Of a stretch of DNA of 64,000 nucleotides, positions 36,472 to 50,025 are shown in pieces. Origin of the DNA: Lepidodermella squamata (Eukaryota > Animalia > Gastrotricha); NCBI GenBank assembly GCA_047495785.1, contig JBLDXI010000034.1, positions 930,001 through 994,000 of the forward strand, written 5' to 3'. A model generated the notes under the pieces. It was not told the DNA's origin, did not search any database, and saw only the letters and a program-made list of their open reading frames with translations. The translations under genes were made by a program, and so were the position numbers. Positions within the stretch are counted from its first letter, which is position 1; each line of letters opens with the position of its first letter.

Positions 36472-38563
36472 TACTGATCCCACGTTGCGTTGAAATAGAA
36501 CGCCGTTCTCGCCACGCCAAACGGGCCTACAGTTCCAGTAGGAGCAGTTCTTGCGTTCGTATTCGCCTGTGGGGCAACGATATCGCCCAAGCTATCAATC
36601 ATCGGCCATGTCGCTATGTTCGACGGCAACAGGGGACGCAGGCCGTTTGATGGCGACCACGCTACACCAGCGTGAATCTGCAAGCACTTCTTTCGAAGCA
36701 TCCACAGCTGTTGAATGGATAGGGACTGTCGGAATACGGAGAAACACGACATCCAACCGTCGAAATAATCAATATTTTGCCCTAATTTCAGCTGAGAGCT
36801 GGTAACAGGCGGTGATTGCAGGGTCTGTGAAGATGTGAAGCTGTCGCATACTCCGACAAATTTATTCGAAGAGCTGTCGTAGGTCGCAGCGATGAGTACC
36901 CATCTCTGAAACCCGCCAAGCGGCAAGCAAGAAAAAGACGTGTACGCAGCCGCTGAATCTGGCAGAGAAAATGACATTAATCACTAACCAATAATCTGCC
37001 ATGAAATCATACCCATGAAAATACGCATTTCACTGTTTTCGATGTTTCCGAGGTACTCTATTCGAAAAAGCGCTGCAGCACTTTCACTGTAAAACGTTAC
37101 AATGGGAAAAAATTTGTCCTGTAAGCTTGAGAATCCGACGTATAGAGATATCGTGAAAGACGATTGATATAGATCGAGATTGCTGTTGGCGAGTCTGACG
37201 AAACCGTCGGCAGAGTTGATAGCTATCGCGGAGTCCGAATAGTCGAAAGGACCTGTGGTGTAGCTCGGAGAAGATCCGGAAAATGTTCCGCCCACGCCAT
37301 TTTCACTGATATCATTCAAACCGAATGATCGCGTGAGTGGCAGGTATACTACCTCAATTGGTAGTCCAAACGGCGTTTCTGAAGAAAGAAACTAAAAATG
37401 ACACCAAAGCTTCTCCACTAAAAACTCACGCTGTTGGCACAAGGAAATCGTAGCAAAGTTTAGACCTGTGCTGGATACCTATGGGGTAGTAAATTATCAC
37501 AATAACGTAATTCTAATTGTTATTAGAACTTACCCAGTCTGGGGGACAGCCGTCCAGCACAGAAACACATTTCGCTATCATCAGCAGTGCGTTCGTGCAC
37601 AATTGAAACTGTGTGAAAAAGTTACAGGATTAGAAGGGATTGAAACATTTTTTCAAAAGCTGGGACAAGGGCGTGAGACAGGCTCAGGCTTAACTAAAGC
37701 CGTTCTCCTCTCTTTTCATATGTAATCAAGGGTATAAATGATCATACGCTAGAAACACAAGCGACGTAATCGGCAGAAAAATTCTTGTTGTTGTATACAC
37801 CAGTCTAAAAAGGTTCATTTAGCAATAAAATAAATTTTCAAAAACTGTGTTACTCCAACCAATGTCGTTCCTTGCGGACATATTGGTGATTCACTGCATA
37901 TTCGAGGCTGTCCAGAAGCTCCGCATTGATAGACGCTCTAGAAAGTGATTCGAAGCAAAAATAGGACTCAATAATCTTCTTCGAAAAGCGACTAAACTAA
38001 TGTAAAAATGCAAGTTTTCCGGTGGGTCGAAATTCTGATATATTTGCGATTTGCAATTCAAACTCAGAAGTCAGAAACGTCACCGCCCACCGCAATCATA
38101 GATGGTGAACGTTAACTTGTCGAACGTTATTTCAAACAATATATTCTCTATGGCTTGGAACTGCTACAAATTTTGGCAGCATTTTGCTCGGAATTAGCTT
38201 CGATAAGGGGCTATTCGGTGAAAAGTTTGTTCAATTAGTAATTAGTAGATTGAGGATTACTCAATAACTATGAAGTCGATAACATTTTGCATGGAGCTAC
38301 CTCGATAAATGACACTTATTCAATTAGAAGTATGCATTCAAAGAGTGAATTCGAAGTTCAGCACGGTTATTTCTGTTCGGCCCGCGGGCTGAGAAATTCT
38401 GTTTATACCAAACTTGGCCAAAAAACACACATTCCCTGATAACTATGGCAAAAAACCACTAGGCTACACGTCCTTGCTGATTTACTAATATTAAGATGTC
38501 TTTACTTTTATGTGTCAATAATACCTAGCCCCACGCCTGTCCGAAAAGCCCCATCATGGGGCT

Positions 38564-39229
38564 CAGTGGCGTAACCAGCTGGTTGTTTTGGTTGTTCAAA
38601 CAACTACCAAAATGAAAACTCAAAAACCCCTCTTCGGCCTATTTTCTCTAGAAAATGCCAAAAATTGTCAAAAATTGCCAAAAATTGCTAAAAAATGTTT
38701 GCAAAATTTCACACAATTTTCTTGCTACGCTCGAAATCCCGATAGTGACCATATTTCGTATTGAAAACCGGCACTCATCGACCTTGGATTGTCCCGGGGA
38801 ATATCAATTTTCCACCCTGAGATCAGGGGCGTAACTAGCCGGGGCCCGGGGTGTAATACCCACGGAAGGTGTACAATTTGATGTCAAATATATTTTTTTC
38901 GTTGAATTCTGAAGCATTTTCATGCTAATTCTGACGCGAAAATGAAATGAAAACCGTTAGTCAAAGCTCGCATATTCAGTAATTTAGTTTTTTTTATTTA
39001 GTGGGCTGGTTGATTACTGGAAAATTCCATAGTTTTAGGAGGTTTTGGAGTATTTCTGAGAGACAAATCTTTAAAATCTTCTCGCTTAGCTCCAGTCTTG
39101 GTTCAAATTTCAATTCATTTTAAGAAAGCACACAATTTTTTTCCGTCACTGATAGATGTCGGATCCTTGAGCGGACCCTGAAAATATGACTCAGGCCACC
39201 CTAACCGTGAAAGACTGGTTACGCCCCTG
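38564..39229. mobile_element. hAT-type non-autonomous element (intronic)
   Basis: TIRs CAGTGGCGTAACCAG / CTGGTTACGCCCCTG; exact 8-bp TSD ATGGGGCT. Confidence 0.85.
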
Positions 39230-42200
39230 ATGGGGCTATTCGGAATCCGGGTACCATTCGAGTCAGGACCCTTGGAAAAAAGCCAATAAAAACGGGGTCA
39301 TTTTTTTACGCTAACCGAATAACCCCAAATGACGGAACCACGTGCCCATCTAGATTTTTTAATCCCCGCACTTCTTCGTCGATAAATCTTCGAACTTTTT
39401 CGTAATAAAATATTGCTGGTTACAAGAACTAGACTTACCTGAGAGTCACAAGAAGATTTGGTCGGATAAATTGTATAGGATTGGCCATAACCATGCGGGC
39501 CATTGTCTGTTGGGTCCTGGGGTATATTTAAAAACTTGATTAAACTGAAAGGGAAACGTGCAGTCTCTATTACAATTATTGCATCCGAACCATCGCATGG
39601 CAGCTGAGCTGGCTTACATCCCAAGAAATTCAGCTTCTGCGAATCGAAACAGTGTTGATGTGGGAAAAATGACTGCGGCGCTGAAATAATGCACTTCAAT
39701 TTAGGCAAGAATTCTTTACCATCAGTAATTTCAACAATTACCAGATACGCATTCGCCAAGATTCGAAAATGTCACGCCCGGCGACAACATGTTAGTACTG
39801 CCAGCTGGGCAACTTTCATTGCCACCTGCGGGTATACATTTCACCAAAGCATAGGACACCAAGTTCAAACAGAATTTATGCGGTTTCTGGGCAGGAAATA
39901 ATGGAAATACTCGCCAATACAGCTTTAACTATGTACCGTGTATTCATCGAGATAGGAACGGCATTCAGCATGATTCGAACCAAAATCTTGATTGCCCCTG
40001 AATGTTGCCACCTGAATAGAGGCGATAAAATGGCTGAATTCAAAATACCACTAGACTCAAACCAGACTCATAGGCGACCTGCATATTTCACGGCAAACAA
40101 ATCCGGACGCAGTTTTGCACATGGCCGCTGGCTTTAGAAGTTGATTCATGATTATTTTGCTTCGAAGAAAGACCGTCACTAACCCCAGTCGAACAATGCT
40201 TCTTGTCGATGTAAATACCACCGCTGAAGTCCTAAATGGAAAAACGAAGATTAAGGTTTGCTTCTGCGGTTTTTCAAGGGGAAGTAAACCTGTGACTGTG
40301 TTGTAGCATTGCATCCCGGAGTAGCTAATTACCACTGTCGGCCTGCGGCCTTTGACAGTTGACGGGGAACTCCGAGACTTTGTGAAGCACTCGGGCGCGT
40401 CTGACTTTAAACATGCATAACCTAAGTATAAGAATGATGGCTGACTTGGCATTAGGGTCCATATATCACGCATCTTATCAAGTTTCATAATAGCCCGGGC
40501 TATTATTTGAGATGGGCTTGCAAGTCAACGTATCGTTGCTCAGGAGCTTCAATTCAAGATGAGCTACAAATCACGAATGCGCAAGTATATGAACATTTAC
40601 GTGTTAGTCACATTTGCTTACTCAGTTAAAATAGAGCGCATACGTAGCGTAGGGATTTTTACCAAACGCGGTTCAGGGACAAGGGAACGTACCTCTAGTA
40701 CGCAGGCCAAGCCGAAAATCAGTACGAATTGCATGTGCCCGGGAGACTTTTCATAGGAGGGTTGAAAACAGGTGATAGACGACTGATGACGCCATGTCAC
40801 AAGAGTTAGCATGTTACCGGCTACCATCTTCCGTCGTTAATAATTCGTATCCCTCATTCTTGAAATATATTAAATATACTGCCGACTTGGATAAATTCAC
40901 AATTTCTGTGGTGAGGCGCCATAACCTAACATATTGCTAATCCCAAATTGCTAAATGTTGTAAAACAAAATGCAAAATAAACAGTAACAGTAACAGTAAC
41001 AGTAATGTTGTGCGCCGAAGTCGTGCGCACAACTGCAGGCAGCATGCAGCGGCAACACTGCACATTTTCTACTGGCACAACTTAATCCTGCTGAAACTGG
41101 AGTTTATTTTTTATCACTCCCTACTGATGCCTTTTGACGAGCTGTGGACCGACTGAACGACTCGCGACAACGAGAGTTCCCTGTCACTCTCATTGTTTTT
41201 GATACTTACTAATCCTCCTTGTACAAACATTCACACCTGCGGCAATCTTGAACACGCCTTTCAATCTTCAGTAATGAGAATAAGCAATAAGATGGTTGTG
41301 CGACAGTTGGACAGTCTGTTTTTTTTACGTAAACCACTATCCTCCTTCACGACACACCAAACACCAAACAACGGAATTCAGCCTGCATGGGGTAACTGTG
41401 ACTACACCGCTATTTTTTATAGGTACCCCACTATCCTCCTTGACGACCGACAGACCGACAGGCCGAACACGGCCTACGACAACGGGAGTTCCCCGTCACA
41501 GACATCCGGCAAATGAGCGATCCGATCGCGAAAAGCAACGAACATGAGGCGAAAAGTCTCGAGATTTAACAGCTGTTTTCATAATTCAAATGGTAAAGAA
41601 TTCCTAATTGAACTTTTAAATTAATACTACTTTTAATTTGAGCAAGGCAATCGCTCAAACTTCTTATTCTTGGATTCATTGTCCCCTGGAATAGCAAGAA
41701 AACATTGAGATTAAAATTTCGAGTTAGAGGTAGAATTCTTACCCATCCAACTGGACATTCGCTAACTTCTGGAATGCATGCCACAGTAGAGCCATTTGAG
41801 CACTGTTTGGCCGGATCATCCTGTTGCGGATAAAGCAAAATTCCGGCTGATTGAATGCTCAATTAGTTACCATATAGCGCTGAATTTCACCGAGGCACTC
41901 ATCATAGCGAGTCCTAAAGGTCAAGCCTATAAAGTTCTTATGCTATCAATAAAAAATAGTAAGAATTCCCGCGTTTGTAAAACTAGCAACGAATTTACCA
42001 AAACTTCGTCCTTCGAACATGACAGAAACCGAGGAAGACATCTCAGCGTGTAAAGTTTCATGTTGTAGCAGCTTTGAGCCGACTGTTTGTAAATTTATTG
42101 AAATTTATTGTCAAATTCTGGAACAAGCAGCTCGATTCGAACTCACCGATGTCTTGCAGCCTAGATAATCACTTGTTGGTCCCATCTGTTAGCGGAAAAG

Positions 42201-43662
42201 TTTGTTTTACAATTTCTATTGATTTTAGAAGTCTACTTTACCTGGACTTCTTCAAAGAAGTCGCATTCGGGCTTGCAGGCGATAAATTCGTCGTTCCATC
42301 GCGAGATGCATTTTTCGTAGCAGTCGCAGAAGGCGAAAGTGATCACAAACATCAGAAGAGTTCCTGAAAGCTTCATAGCTAAAATTAAAAATTCAAGACG
42401 CCAATCGGTTGGGCAAATGATAAAAACTTGAAAAGTGACAATTTACCGAAAATTGGGCATCGCGTGATTTTACGTAACACCTTTGATGCCAAAGAGCCAC
42501 GTGTGCCTTCGAAGCCCCTAATTGCAAAAAAGTGGCCTGGAAATGTTCGCAATATTGTCATAGGGCAACATTCTAGGGCACTTTTTCCAATTATGAGTCC
42601 ACGCGAGACGGTTTGGCATTGCTCTAACAAAATAATGACAATTATACAAGCCTTTCAGTTCATTTTGTTCTTCTCTTTGTTCATTTTGATTGAATAGTGT
42701 TCCAATTTTAATTGAACTACCTGGACAATTTTCATCCTCTCATTTTCAATAGTTTCAAATGCCTAATAAGAAATATCAGCAGCTGTATCACGTTCACCCG
42801 CAGTTCATCCTTTGTTTACATTTTTTCGTCGGTTCCGCAACAAAACACTCGAAACGTAAAATATACAGTGCGCTTTTCATAAATTTATCCTTTCGCTATA
42901 TAGCGATATGATTATCATGAGGATAACTGATTTTTCCCTCCAGTTATACCGACGCTGCGATGTTGCCAATGCTTTTTTGTCTATCATTGGGAGGGTGAGG
43001 CGCGTTTTTCTCCCATTGTTTATTCGCATTATTTCGTTTCGCCCATAATTTATCCGCACGGTCCAGCGGCTTTTTTGCGCGTTATAATGCAATAATGTAT
43101 AATGCGAGCGCGCGTGCGTGTTTTAGGAAATCGGCGCGTTTATAAAAAGAAACGTTGCGCTCGCCTACTTGTGCTGATGCCAACATGCGCACATGATGCA
43201 AATCCTTTGTACAATCAATAATTTAATCCATTTTGTTATATCGGTTAGGCGGAGAATAAAGACTAATAACAATAGTCACCCGCAGACTGATATTACTATG
43301 GAATGTTTGCAAATTCTAGAATTTCTTACTTTTTGAAATAAAGAGAAATTAGAGAGAAACTAGACTGAAATTCCATCGAAATATTCCGATTTTGCAGACT
43401 CAGAAGATTTCCAGGGAAAAATGGATCAAAACCTAATTTATCGATATTTTTGAGTTATCCTAATTATGAATTTGAAGATTGGCCAATTTTGGGTTCTATT
43501 TTTTCCTAAATTCGAATTACTTTAAAATGTTACTTCGTTTACCTCTCTCACTCCCAAATTTCCCTTAAAACCGTTTTTTATATTTCGATATTTCCAGAAT
43601 ATTGGGACCTAAACAATTTTCCAAGAATGCCCAGCGAAATTGTTCCTAACGAAGTGCATAAC

Positions 43663-43826
43663 CTTTGTGCGAAGTAGGATCTGGGAGCTGAGGTGTTTTC
43701 TACTTGCTTCCTAGAACTCAGCCGAAGAAATCAAAGGCCCCCCCCTACGGTTTTTCAGCCTACCTCTGGTTGTCCCTTTCTTCTGGTACTCCCGGACACC
43801 CCAGCACCCCTGGACTTCGCACCCTG
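43663..43826. mobile_element. hAT-like MITE, same family as 24733-24887
   Basis: TGTGCGAAGTAGGAT...GACTTCGCACCCTG; internal similarity to the 23.3 and 24.6 kb copies. Confidence 0.6.
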
Positions 43827-44014
43827 CTGCAGAACTAAACTCATTACTATTCGTTAGGTTGAGGCTAATATAGGATTCTTAAATTTTTAGAAACGGATCC
43901 ACTAAATTGAATTTCAATCTATAATTTCAAATTTACTTACAAATCAAGTTTCTGCCAGCCTTTTTTCAAAATTAATTTGTTATCTAGGTATTTTCGACCG
44001 TTTTTTCCTAATAA

Positions 44015-45223
44015 ATGGTCTGTGCAACCTGGGTTATTCTGAGCGTTAAAACCGTCAATTGTGCAGCCGGGCTCATCAATTTGATCCTGATATGCTGGAC
44101 AGCTTTCAGCTATGTAACAACGTCAACCTGCATCAACCAGTGCGTCTACGAGTACAAAGAAGCCCTGCAATACCCGACGTACGCGAAATTGGCCGAAATT
44201 AAAAACTCTGACGCAGGCCAACAATTCAGCGCATCAGGGCAAGCTGATAAGGTCGAAATAATCCTTCGACGAACCATAGGAACAGCAATCGATCCTCAGC
44301 CTGATTACGAAACTGGCTACAAAGCTGTGTTGACCCTTTACAATAACTGCAAGGACCCATGTGACGCTGCGATATTACCTATTCGAATACCAGTTGTAAC
44401 AAGCATCATCCATCTATGTCTTTGCGTTATTTTTCTACTTAAAATCTCATTTTACAGCAAAATTGAATATATAGTCCTTCTTATTCTCAATTTACTAGAC
44501 GGTGTTTGTTTGATCTTCTCGTCCTATTGTTTGATCTCACTTAAGATGAATAACAAGGAATATCACTATGGAATTCACGAGATTCAATACGTCTTCCCGA
44601 ATGGGCTTCCGATAGTTTCGTTTAATACCAGCCTTTATCTATCTCTAGTTTTCTCGGTTTTAACAATTATTTCTTTTCTTGTTCAAATGTCGCTAGCTCT
44701 CTGTAACCCTCGAATTACTGAGGTAAGTCAGACCGTTAAGGAGGAGTTTTTCGTCTATAGAATAGCTGCGTTGCAAGATAGGAAAAAGTCCGCCTTAATG
44801 AAATTTTTCAACTGCTTCTTCGCTTTGTTTAACTCGTTAAGCTGCGCCATGATTTGGTTTCACTCAATTTACGGCTTTCGGCTGGAACTCGGCGTGTTTG
44901 AACGGCAGCGAACAGCTCAGACGCAAATGTTGTGCCAATTCCCAATCTTCATCTGGCATTTAATCATGTGCTTCGGCGTGCTGCCGACATCGCATAGGTA
45001 TAAAAACATTTTTGAAGTGCGACTTGTGTTGGCTGTCTATGTGTTGGAATGCGTGGCCTTATTTGGCCTGTTCGTCGGCGTTTTGATGATTGCAGGCGAC
45101 GGTGGGCCGTTGTTACACTTTGAGGCTGCCCTTGCTTTAGGCAATCTTGTGTTTTGGGCTGTTGATTTTTTACTGCATTCTTTTCCTGGGCCGTGCTGTT
45201 CTAATACAACAGCGTGGCAGTGA
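44015..45223 (+). CDS. Orphan multi-pass membrane protein, paralog 3
   Basis: 402 aa; ILPIRIPV (ILPIRFPV in paralog 1), WHLIMCFGVLPTSHRYK, WAVDFLLHSFP. Confidence 0.87.
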   Translation: MVCATWVILSVKTVNCAAGLINLILICWTAFSYVTTSTCINQCVYEYKEALQYPTYAKLAEIKNSDAGQQFSASGQADKVEIILRRTIGTAIDPQPDYETGYKAVLTLYNNCKDPCDAAILPIRIPVVTSIIHLCLCVIFLLKISFYSKIEYIVLLILNLLDGVCLIFSSYCLISLKMNNKEYHYGIHEIQYVFPNGLPIVSFNTSLYLSLVFSVLTIISFLVQMSLALCNPRITEVSQTVKEEFFVYRIAALQDRKKSALMKFFNCFFALFNSLSCAMIWFHSIYGFRLELGVFERQRTAQTQMLCQFPIFIWHLIMCFGVLPTSHRYKNIFEVRLVLAVYVLECVALFGLFVGVLMIAGDGGPLLHFEAALALGNLVFWAVDFLLHSFPGPCCSNTTAWQ

Positions 45224-45918
45224 ATAGTCTATTTGATAATGCAATTGGAATCGTAAAATAGAATAAAGAGAACATTGAGTTAACAATCTTTAATTAATCT
45301 TTCTGTTGGCCCGAAAAAACGATAGGAGAATTTTTTGTTACTAATTTCGGGGCTGAAAATACCCTGAAATGATTCCTAATAGCTCGAGGATCCTACATCG
45401 GGCATCGGGCACTGAGGACGCGATTTTGCCAAAATAATGGCTATGGGCTATGGCTGTGTAGCCACTAAGTTTAGCGTTCCATTTAACCCTTTCATGGCCA
45501 TGAGAACGATTTCCGAGTTGTTAATTTCACAGTGCAATGCAATTTCAGCTTCATGACTTTTTGAACGCTCTTATAAGTAATATTATTTTTCGATGTTATT
45601 CTGTAAAGTCTCCGGGCAAAATTCACACTTGACACTTTATTCAAGTGTAAATGAAATAATGAAAAAAGAGCGCGTGAGAGAATAAAACAGCAATATGGCA
45701 GAGTTAGAACAGCTACAAAAATTATAACCTCTGTCCGACATTAGGACTTCTGGAAAGTGATATACAGCCGACGAGACAAATGAGATTTTGCCGGCAGTTA
45801 TCGAAGAGAGAGAATAAAATTTAGGCCATTTCGGAGAATAATCACCACTATTACTGATACTGCTATTACAATTAACGAGTTAGTATTCCTCGATTCGAAA
45901 ATGGCTTGCTGCAAGGCT

Positions 45919-48900
45919 TTAGGCAGCAATATTGAAAGCCGCTACGACAGATTCGTAGTCCAAATCTATGCGAGGAATGATAATTATATGAACAAACAAG
46001 AATACTATGACGGCACATATCAGAGAGTAAATATCAATGGTACGAACCAAGCCGATTCTGCCATTAAAGTACCGCTTCTGAGGCCTGGTTGAGGCATTTG
46101 GATCATAGTAAGATGCAGCAATCCACAAAACCACCAGGTTGTAAATGGTCGCTGCGATGCAAAACCAAGTCAGACCCTGAACCAGCTTGCCGAGAAGAGT
46201 CTCATAAGGCTTTTTAGGAACTTCATTCAAAATCGCACTCTGCATGACAGTCATTGTTAGAAGAACGGTGACAGAAAATGTAGCACGATCTGTTGAATCA
46301 GGTGGCATCATGAATAAGAATAAATTTAAAGAGGCGAGGGTCGATGATGGAATGGCGAAATTTTTTATGTAATACCACGGATTCCTTCGTAAAACCACCG
46401 TGAATTTGAATGTAGAAACGAAGAAGCCTCGATAAAAATCTTTGCCAGTCGCATTCCCGGTCGAGACTATGGTCCAGCTGTCTCCGGATTGTGAATGCTT
46501 GAAATCGAATAGAAGGTCTTCCTCATCAACAAGCAATAGATTGATGTCTCGCTCAAGGGAGAATTCGAAACTGCAAATTTGGGTGTCGAATGGAAACAAA
46601 TGAAGGGATAGCTCGCAGCTTGCCTCGAATAGGCCTTCTTTTTGCCAGTAAAATTCGAACGTTCGATTAATTTTTGGCACCTTCGAAGACATCATCATTA
46701 AATAATCATCGTTGATGATCATGTTTCGCATTTGGAGGTTCGAGTTGGCTGCTGATAGAAAGCGGATCTTCGGTAGCCATAGATTGCTGAGATTGTCGAT
46801 GTAAATGATTTCGAAGTTTCTGCCAGTTGGGAGGGCAGGCGAAGAGAACCACGGGCATGTACTAACTCGCCAATAAAGAACCATCAGAGCTTTTACAGTT
46901 ATGATTTCGCCAACTGTATCTATCTCATTCAAACCCATTACTTGAAAGCCAACGTTCACCTTGAGAGGGGCATCGTAATTAGACAAGTTTTCGCCATTCC
47001 GAGGGACGTAAACTGAAGCGTTGAAGTGGTCACATCTTCGCTGAATAGCAGTCATGTTATCGATATAGTTGAATTGTGGGATTCCGAAGATTGGTACCAT
47101 TTGCTCTGCGATAGATTTGCCACTCGAGTAGACTGCATTCTGAGAGGCCAGACGGCCACATGAGTTGCTCAAGTTGAAGACTTCTTCAGGGCTCAAAGCC
47201 ACGTTGTAGAAATGAAAACAAGCAAATTGCGTGTCCGGATTTTCAACAACTAGCTGATTTTCTCGTCTGTAGCCAATACCTATTTCCAGCGAGAGTTGGT
47301 CCATCAAACCTCCACCGATTGGCATTGCCGCATGAAAACTGTCACTTGAGCTTGAGCATTTATCTGTCGAAAAAGGGGCGAAAAATCATTACGGAAATTA
47401 TTTAGCTCTCTTCCCCGTTTGCGCTAGTATTTGGCCTTTCCTATTACAGCGAATCCGAGTAATGGCACCATAGGGTCCCTACTGTAGTCGTTTTGAATAT
47501 TTTCGCTTAGACTCGTGAGCTGGGGGTAAGACTTGGACTGAATACCCCGGTGCTTCGCACACACAATAAGATAGGCCCTTCGCCCACTTCAAGCGGTCCT
47601 ACAAGCGATCCGAAAACCCCTCCCTTCAATTCAGCGAGGGTTAAAAGTTGGGATGATTATAGTGTTAGTTGATTGAAGGAATTCACCTTCTGATGTAAGT
47701 TCTAGCGCGTAGGTCACCGCAAGTGAATGTAAATTGCAGGTTTTTGCAACAACGTCCACCGTGATTGCGAAAAACATCCAAGTTTCAAGGTATTCATATT
47801 TCACAGCGTGCTGTCCATCATCCTTTTCCTCGTACATAAAATGTGTCAGTGATGATCCATTACTACTGGGAATGAGCATGACAACCGAGTGGTCATCATC
47901 GCTGTCTCTCAGATAGCAGAATACGGTTAGGAACCCAAGAATAGTAACAATTCCGCTCCCATCCGTGTTGTCGCCGCCCCCGTCTTTGCATGCCGTTAAC
48001 TTGATGTAAAATGCGAAGGTAAATGCAGATTGCGGCCGTGGCAGGCCGTCGTAGGCAACCACGCCACGAGCTGGATTGATGTCAAAATCGGTCATATTAA
48101 AGGCAATGCTGCCGTGCGCATACGGTCCTTCAAATTTTGTCTGCTTCGCATTGTAAGAGCTGGGCTGGCGAGGTAAAATGACGTTGCCATCCCCGTCCCA
48201 GCCGAGTAGATTCGAATCAAATGAAAGTGGCCAAAATCCGATGAGGTTCTCTGGGCGAGGGATCTCCGCCATGTCTATTCCACCGATTTCGCCTATCATT
48301 GCTTTAGCTGCGTTCCGGCACGGCGTGAGATACAACGCCTTCACCTCAGCCTCAGTTAAGGCGGCTTTGTAAAATGAAACACATGATACAGTATACGCTC
48401 CGTCTTCTTTTTCTCCAAACACAAATTCCCGCGACGTCTCATTGATGTATACTTTCATCGGAATTTTCACTTCTTTGCGTGTAAGCTTGTTAATAAGATT
48501 ATTCATTCGATAGAAAAAAGCGGTATTCGTCGGATTGTCGTAAGTGACAGCCATCATGTAGCCATCCGCGTAGAGAGATTCTGGAGCTTCTGAACGGTTG
48601 CCTTGCCAACTATTTGGGCTCTTTTGCAAATAAAGGCTATTGTAAACCATCCTGAATAAGCCTTCCAACGCAATTGTGCCGAATTCGTAGGCAGTGTGCA
48701 CCGAAACCGTGAACGATCTTGTAGTTTCAGGTATCGTATAACTTGCCAGTCTTGCTCCTCTTCCCTCGTAGTAACCAGTATTTCCCACATTGTTCCGGCG
48801 AAATTTAGCCTTACTGTTTGTTTGACGCGGTCGAAGTTCTTTGTTTGTTCGCGTGTACCCGGTGAGGCCGGAATAGGCGTCCATAGGCCAGAATGCGACC

Positions 48901-48995
48901 AGTTTGTCCAGGCGTGGTAGTTGAAGCTCTGAAACATCCAAGCAGGTAGTACCTGCAACTACACACCCAACTAAAAAACAGAGGTTACACTTCAT
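45919..48995 (-). CDS. Tandem LamG/pentraxin-like domains fused to a Cys-loop ligand-gated ion channel, copy 1, 917 aa (exons 48995-47687, 47363-45919)
   Basis: Signal peptide; two LamG-like repeats (LVAFWPMD...SCVSFYKAALTEAEV; LIGFWPLS...ACFHFYNVALSPEEV); phase-1 intron 47364-47686 joins TSE-D-KCSS in frame; WLPKI, CELSLHLFPFDTQIC, RRNPWYY, M1-M4. Confidence 0.88.
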
Positions 48996-49598
48996 AGCTG
49001 CAAATCGAATATTTATCGTGGAGAAACGAAAAATGAAGCGATAGAGCTACTCAACCACGTGCTGCTGCTTAATTTCCGGTGCAGTCCGGACCAGGAGAGC
49101 TGCATTTCAAGGCTACAACTGCGCAGACCTTCGCTGCGAAATGTTATACGCCCTTGCCAGAGATATCACGCCAACTTTCATGTTGGGCTTTAATTTCCTG
49201 TACGATCCGCCGAAAATCTTTTTAGCTGTAAACATTTGTTCGGCGCAGTTATTGTGATTTAGAAACACGTTTGAATCATAGGCACACAAAATGGATGCTT
49301 GCTAGCTTCTACGATGGAGAGACTCCGGTGCAATCATTGAAGTTGGGAAATATTTGCATACTTTTCAACATGTATGCGCTCTAACTTCCGGAAAAGTGCG
49401 AAAAGCCCTGTCGCTCACAAAATAAATGTTTTCAAGCTTGTATCTCTGCGAGTATAGCTGCTTTGAAATTCACGTTGAAGATACACAATCAAAATCGAAA
49501 TGTTCCTATTTTCTGAGTCAACTCCTGCAACGCTAGGGGTGTTTTTTTTTATTCGACCCGGCTTTCCCGCGCCCGCACTGCCCGCACACGTTAATTTA

Positions 49599-50025
49599 CC
49601 GTACTGCCCGAAATGTTGGGCCTGTCCTTTATTTTTTTCAAAACAAGTCGAAACCTCGTCTTATATTTGAGACCGCCCTTTATTTGAGGTCTGACCTTTA
49701 TTATTTCGAACCCTTCTCAACTCATCACATTTCGCTATACAACGCTTGCAGTCCCTATGAGTTGGCCTCTAAAAAGATCAGCATATGCTCGGTTTTTTAA
49801 CCCGAGAAGGCGATCGATGCGATGAAGTAGTAGAATCCGAATTCCTTTAAACTATTTCGAAATTAATTGGAAATTTACCAAAATATATCAAAATGATGAT
49901 ACACGCGTGGGCGACCTGACCATTATTTGAGGCCTGACCTTTATTATTTCGAATGACCCTTGGACCCCGTCTTATATTTGAGGCCGACTCTTATACGAGG
50001 CTGACTAACTTTTCGGGCAGTACGG
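49599..50025. mobile_element. Tc1/mariner (pogo-like) MITE
   Basis: TA-CCGTACTGCCCGAAA ... TTTCGGGCAGTACGG-TA; internal TATTTGAG subterminal repeats. Confidence 0.8.

Larger units (their letters stand above)
35420..42376 (-). pseudogene. Multi-exon secreted protein: Cys-rich micro-exon N-terminus followed by LamG/pentraxin-like domains; interrupted by a Tc1 MITE and apparently 3'-truncated
   Basis: Exon 1 (42376-42242) MKLSGTLLMFVITFAFCDCYEKC...; short exons near 42.15, 42.0, 41.9, 41.75, 41.65, 39.45, 37.55 and 37.45 kb; LamG-like SFTISLYV, WVLIAATYD, FDGWMSCFSVF, WQFLAMSYD; similarity stops near 35420. Confidence 0.7.

Noticed and set aside
39530-41560. Several ORFs inside an intron of the LamG gene
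   Set aside because: No recognisable domain; likely decayed insertion, not assignable.
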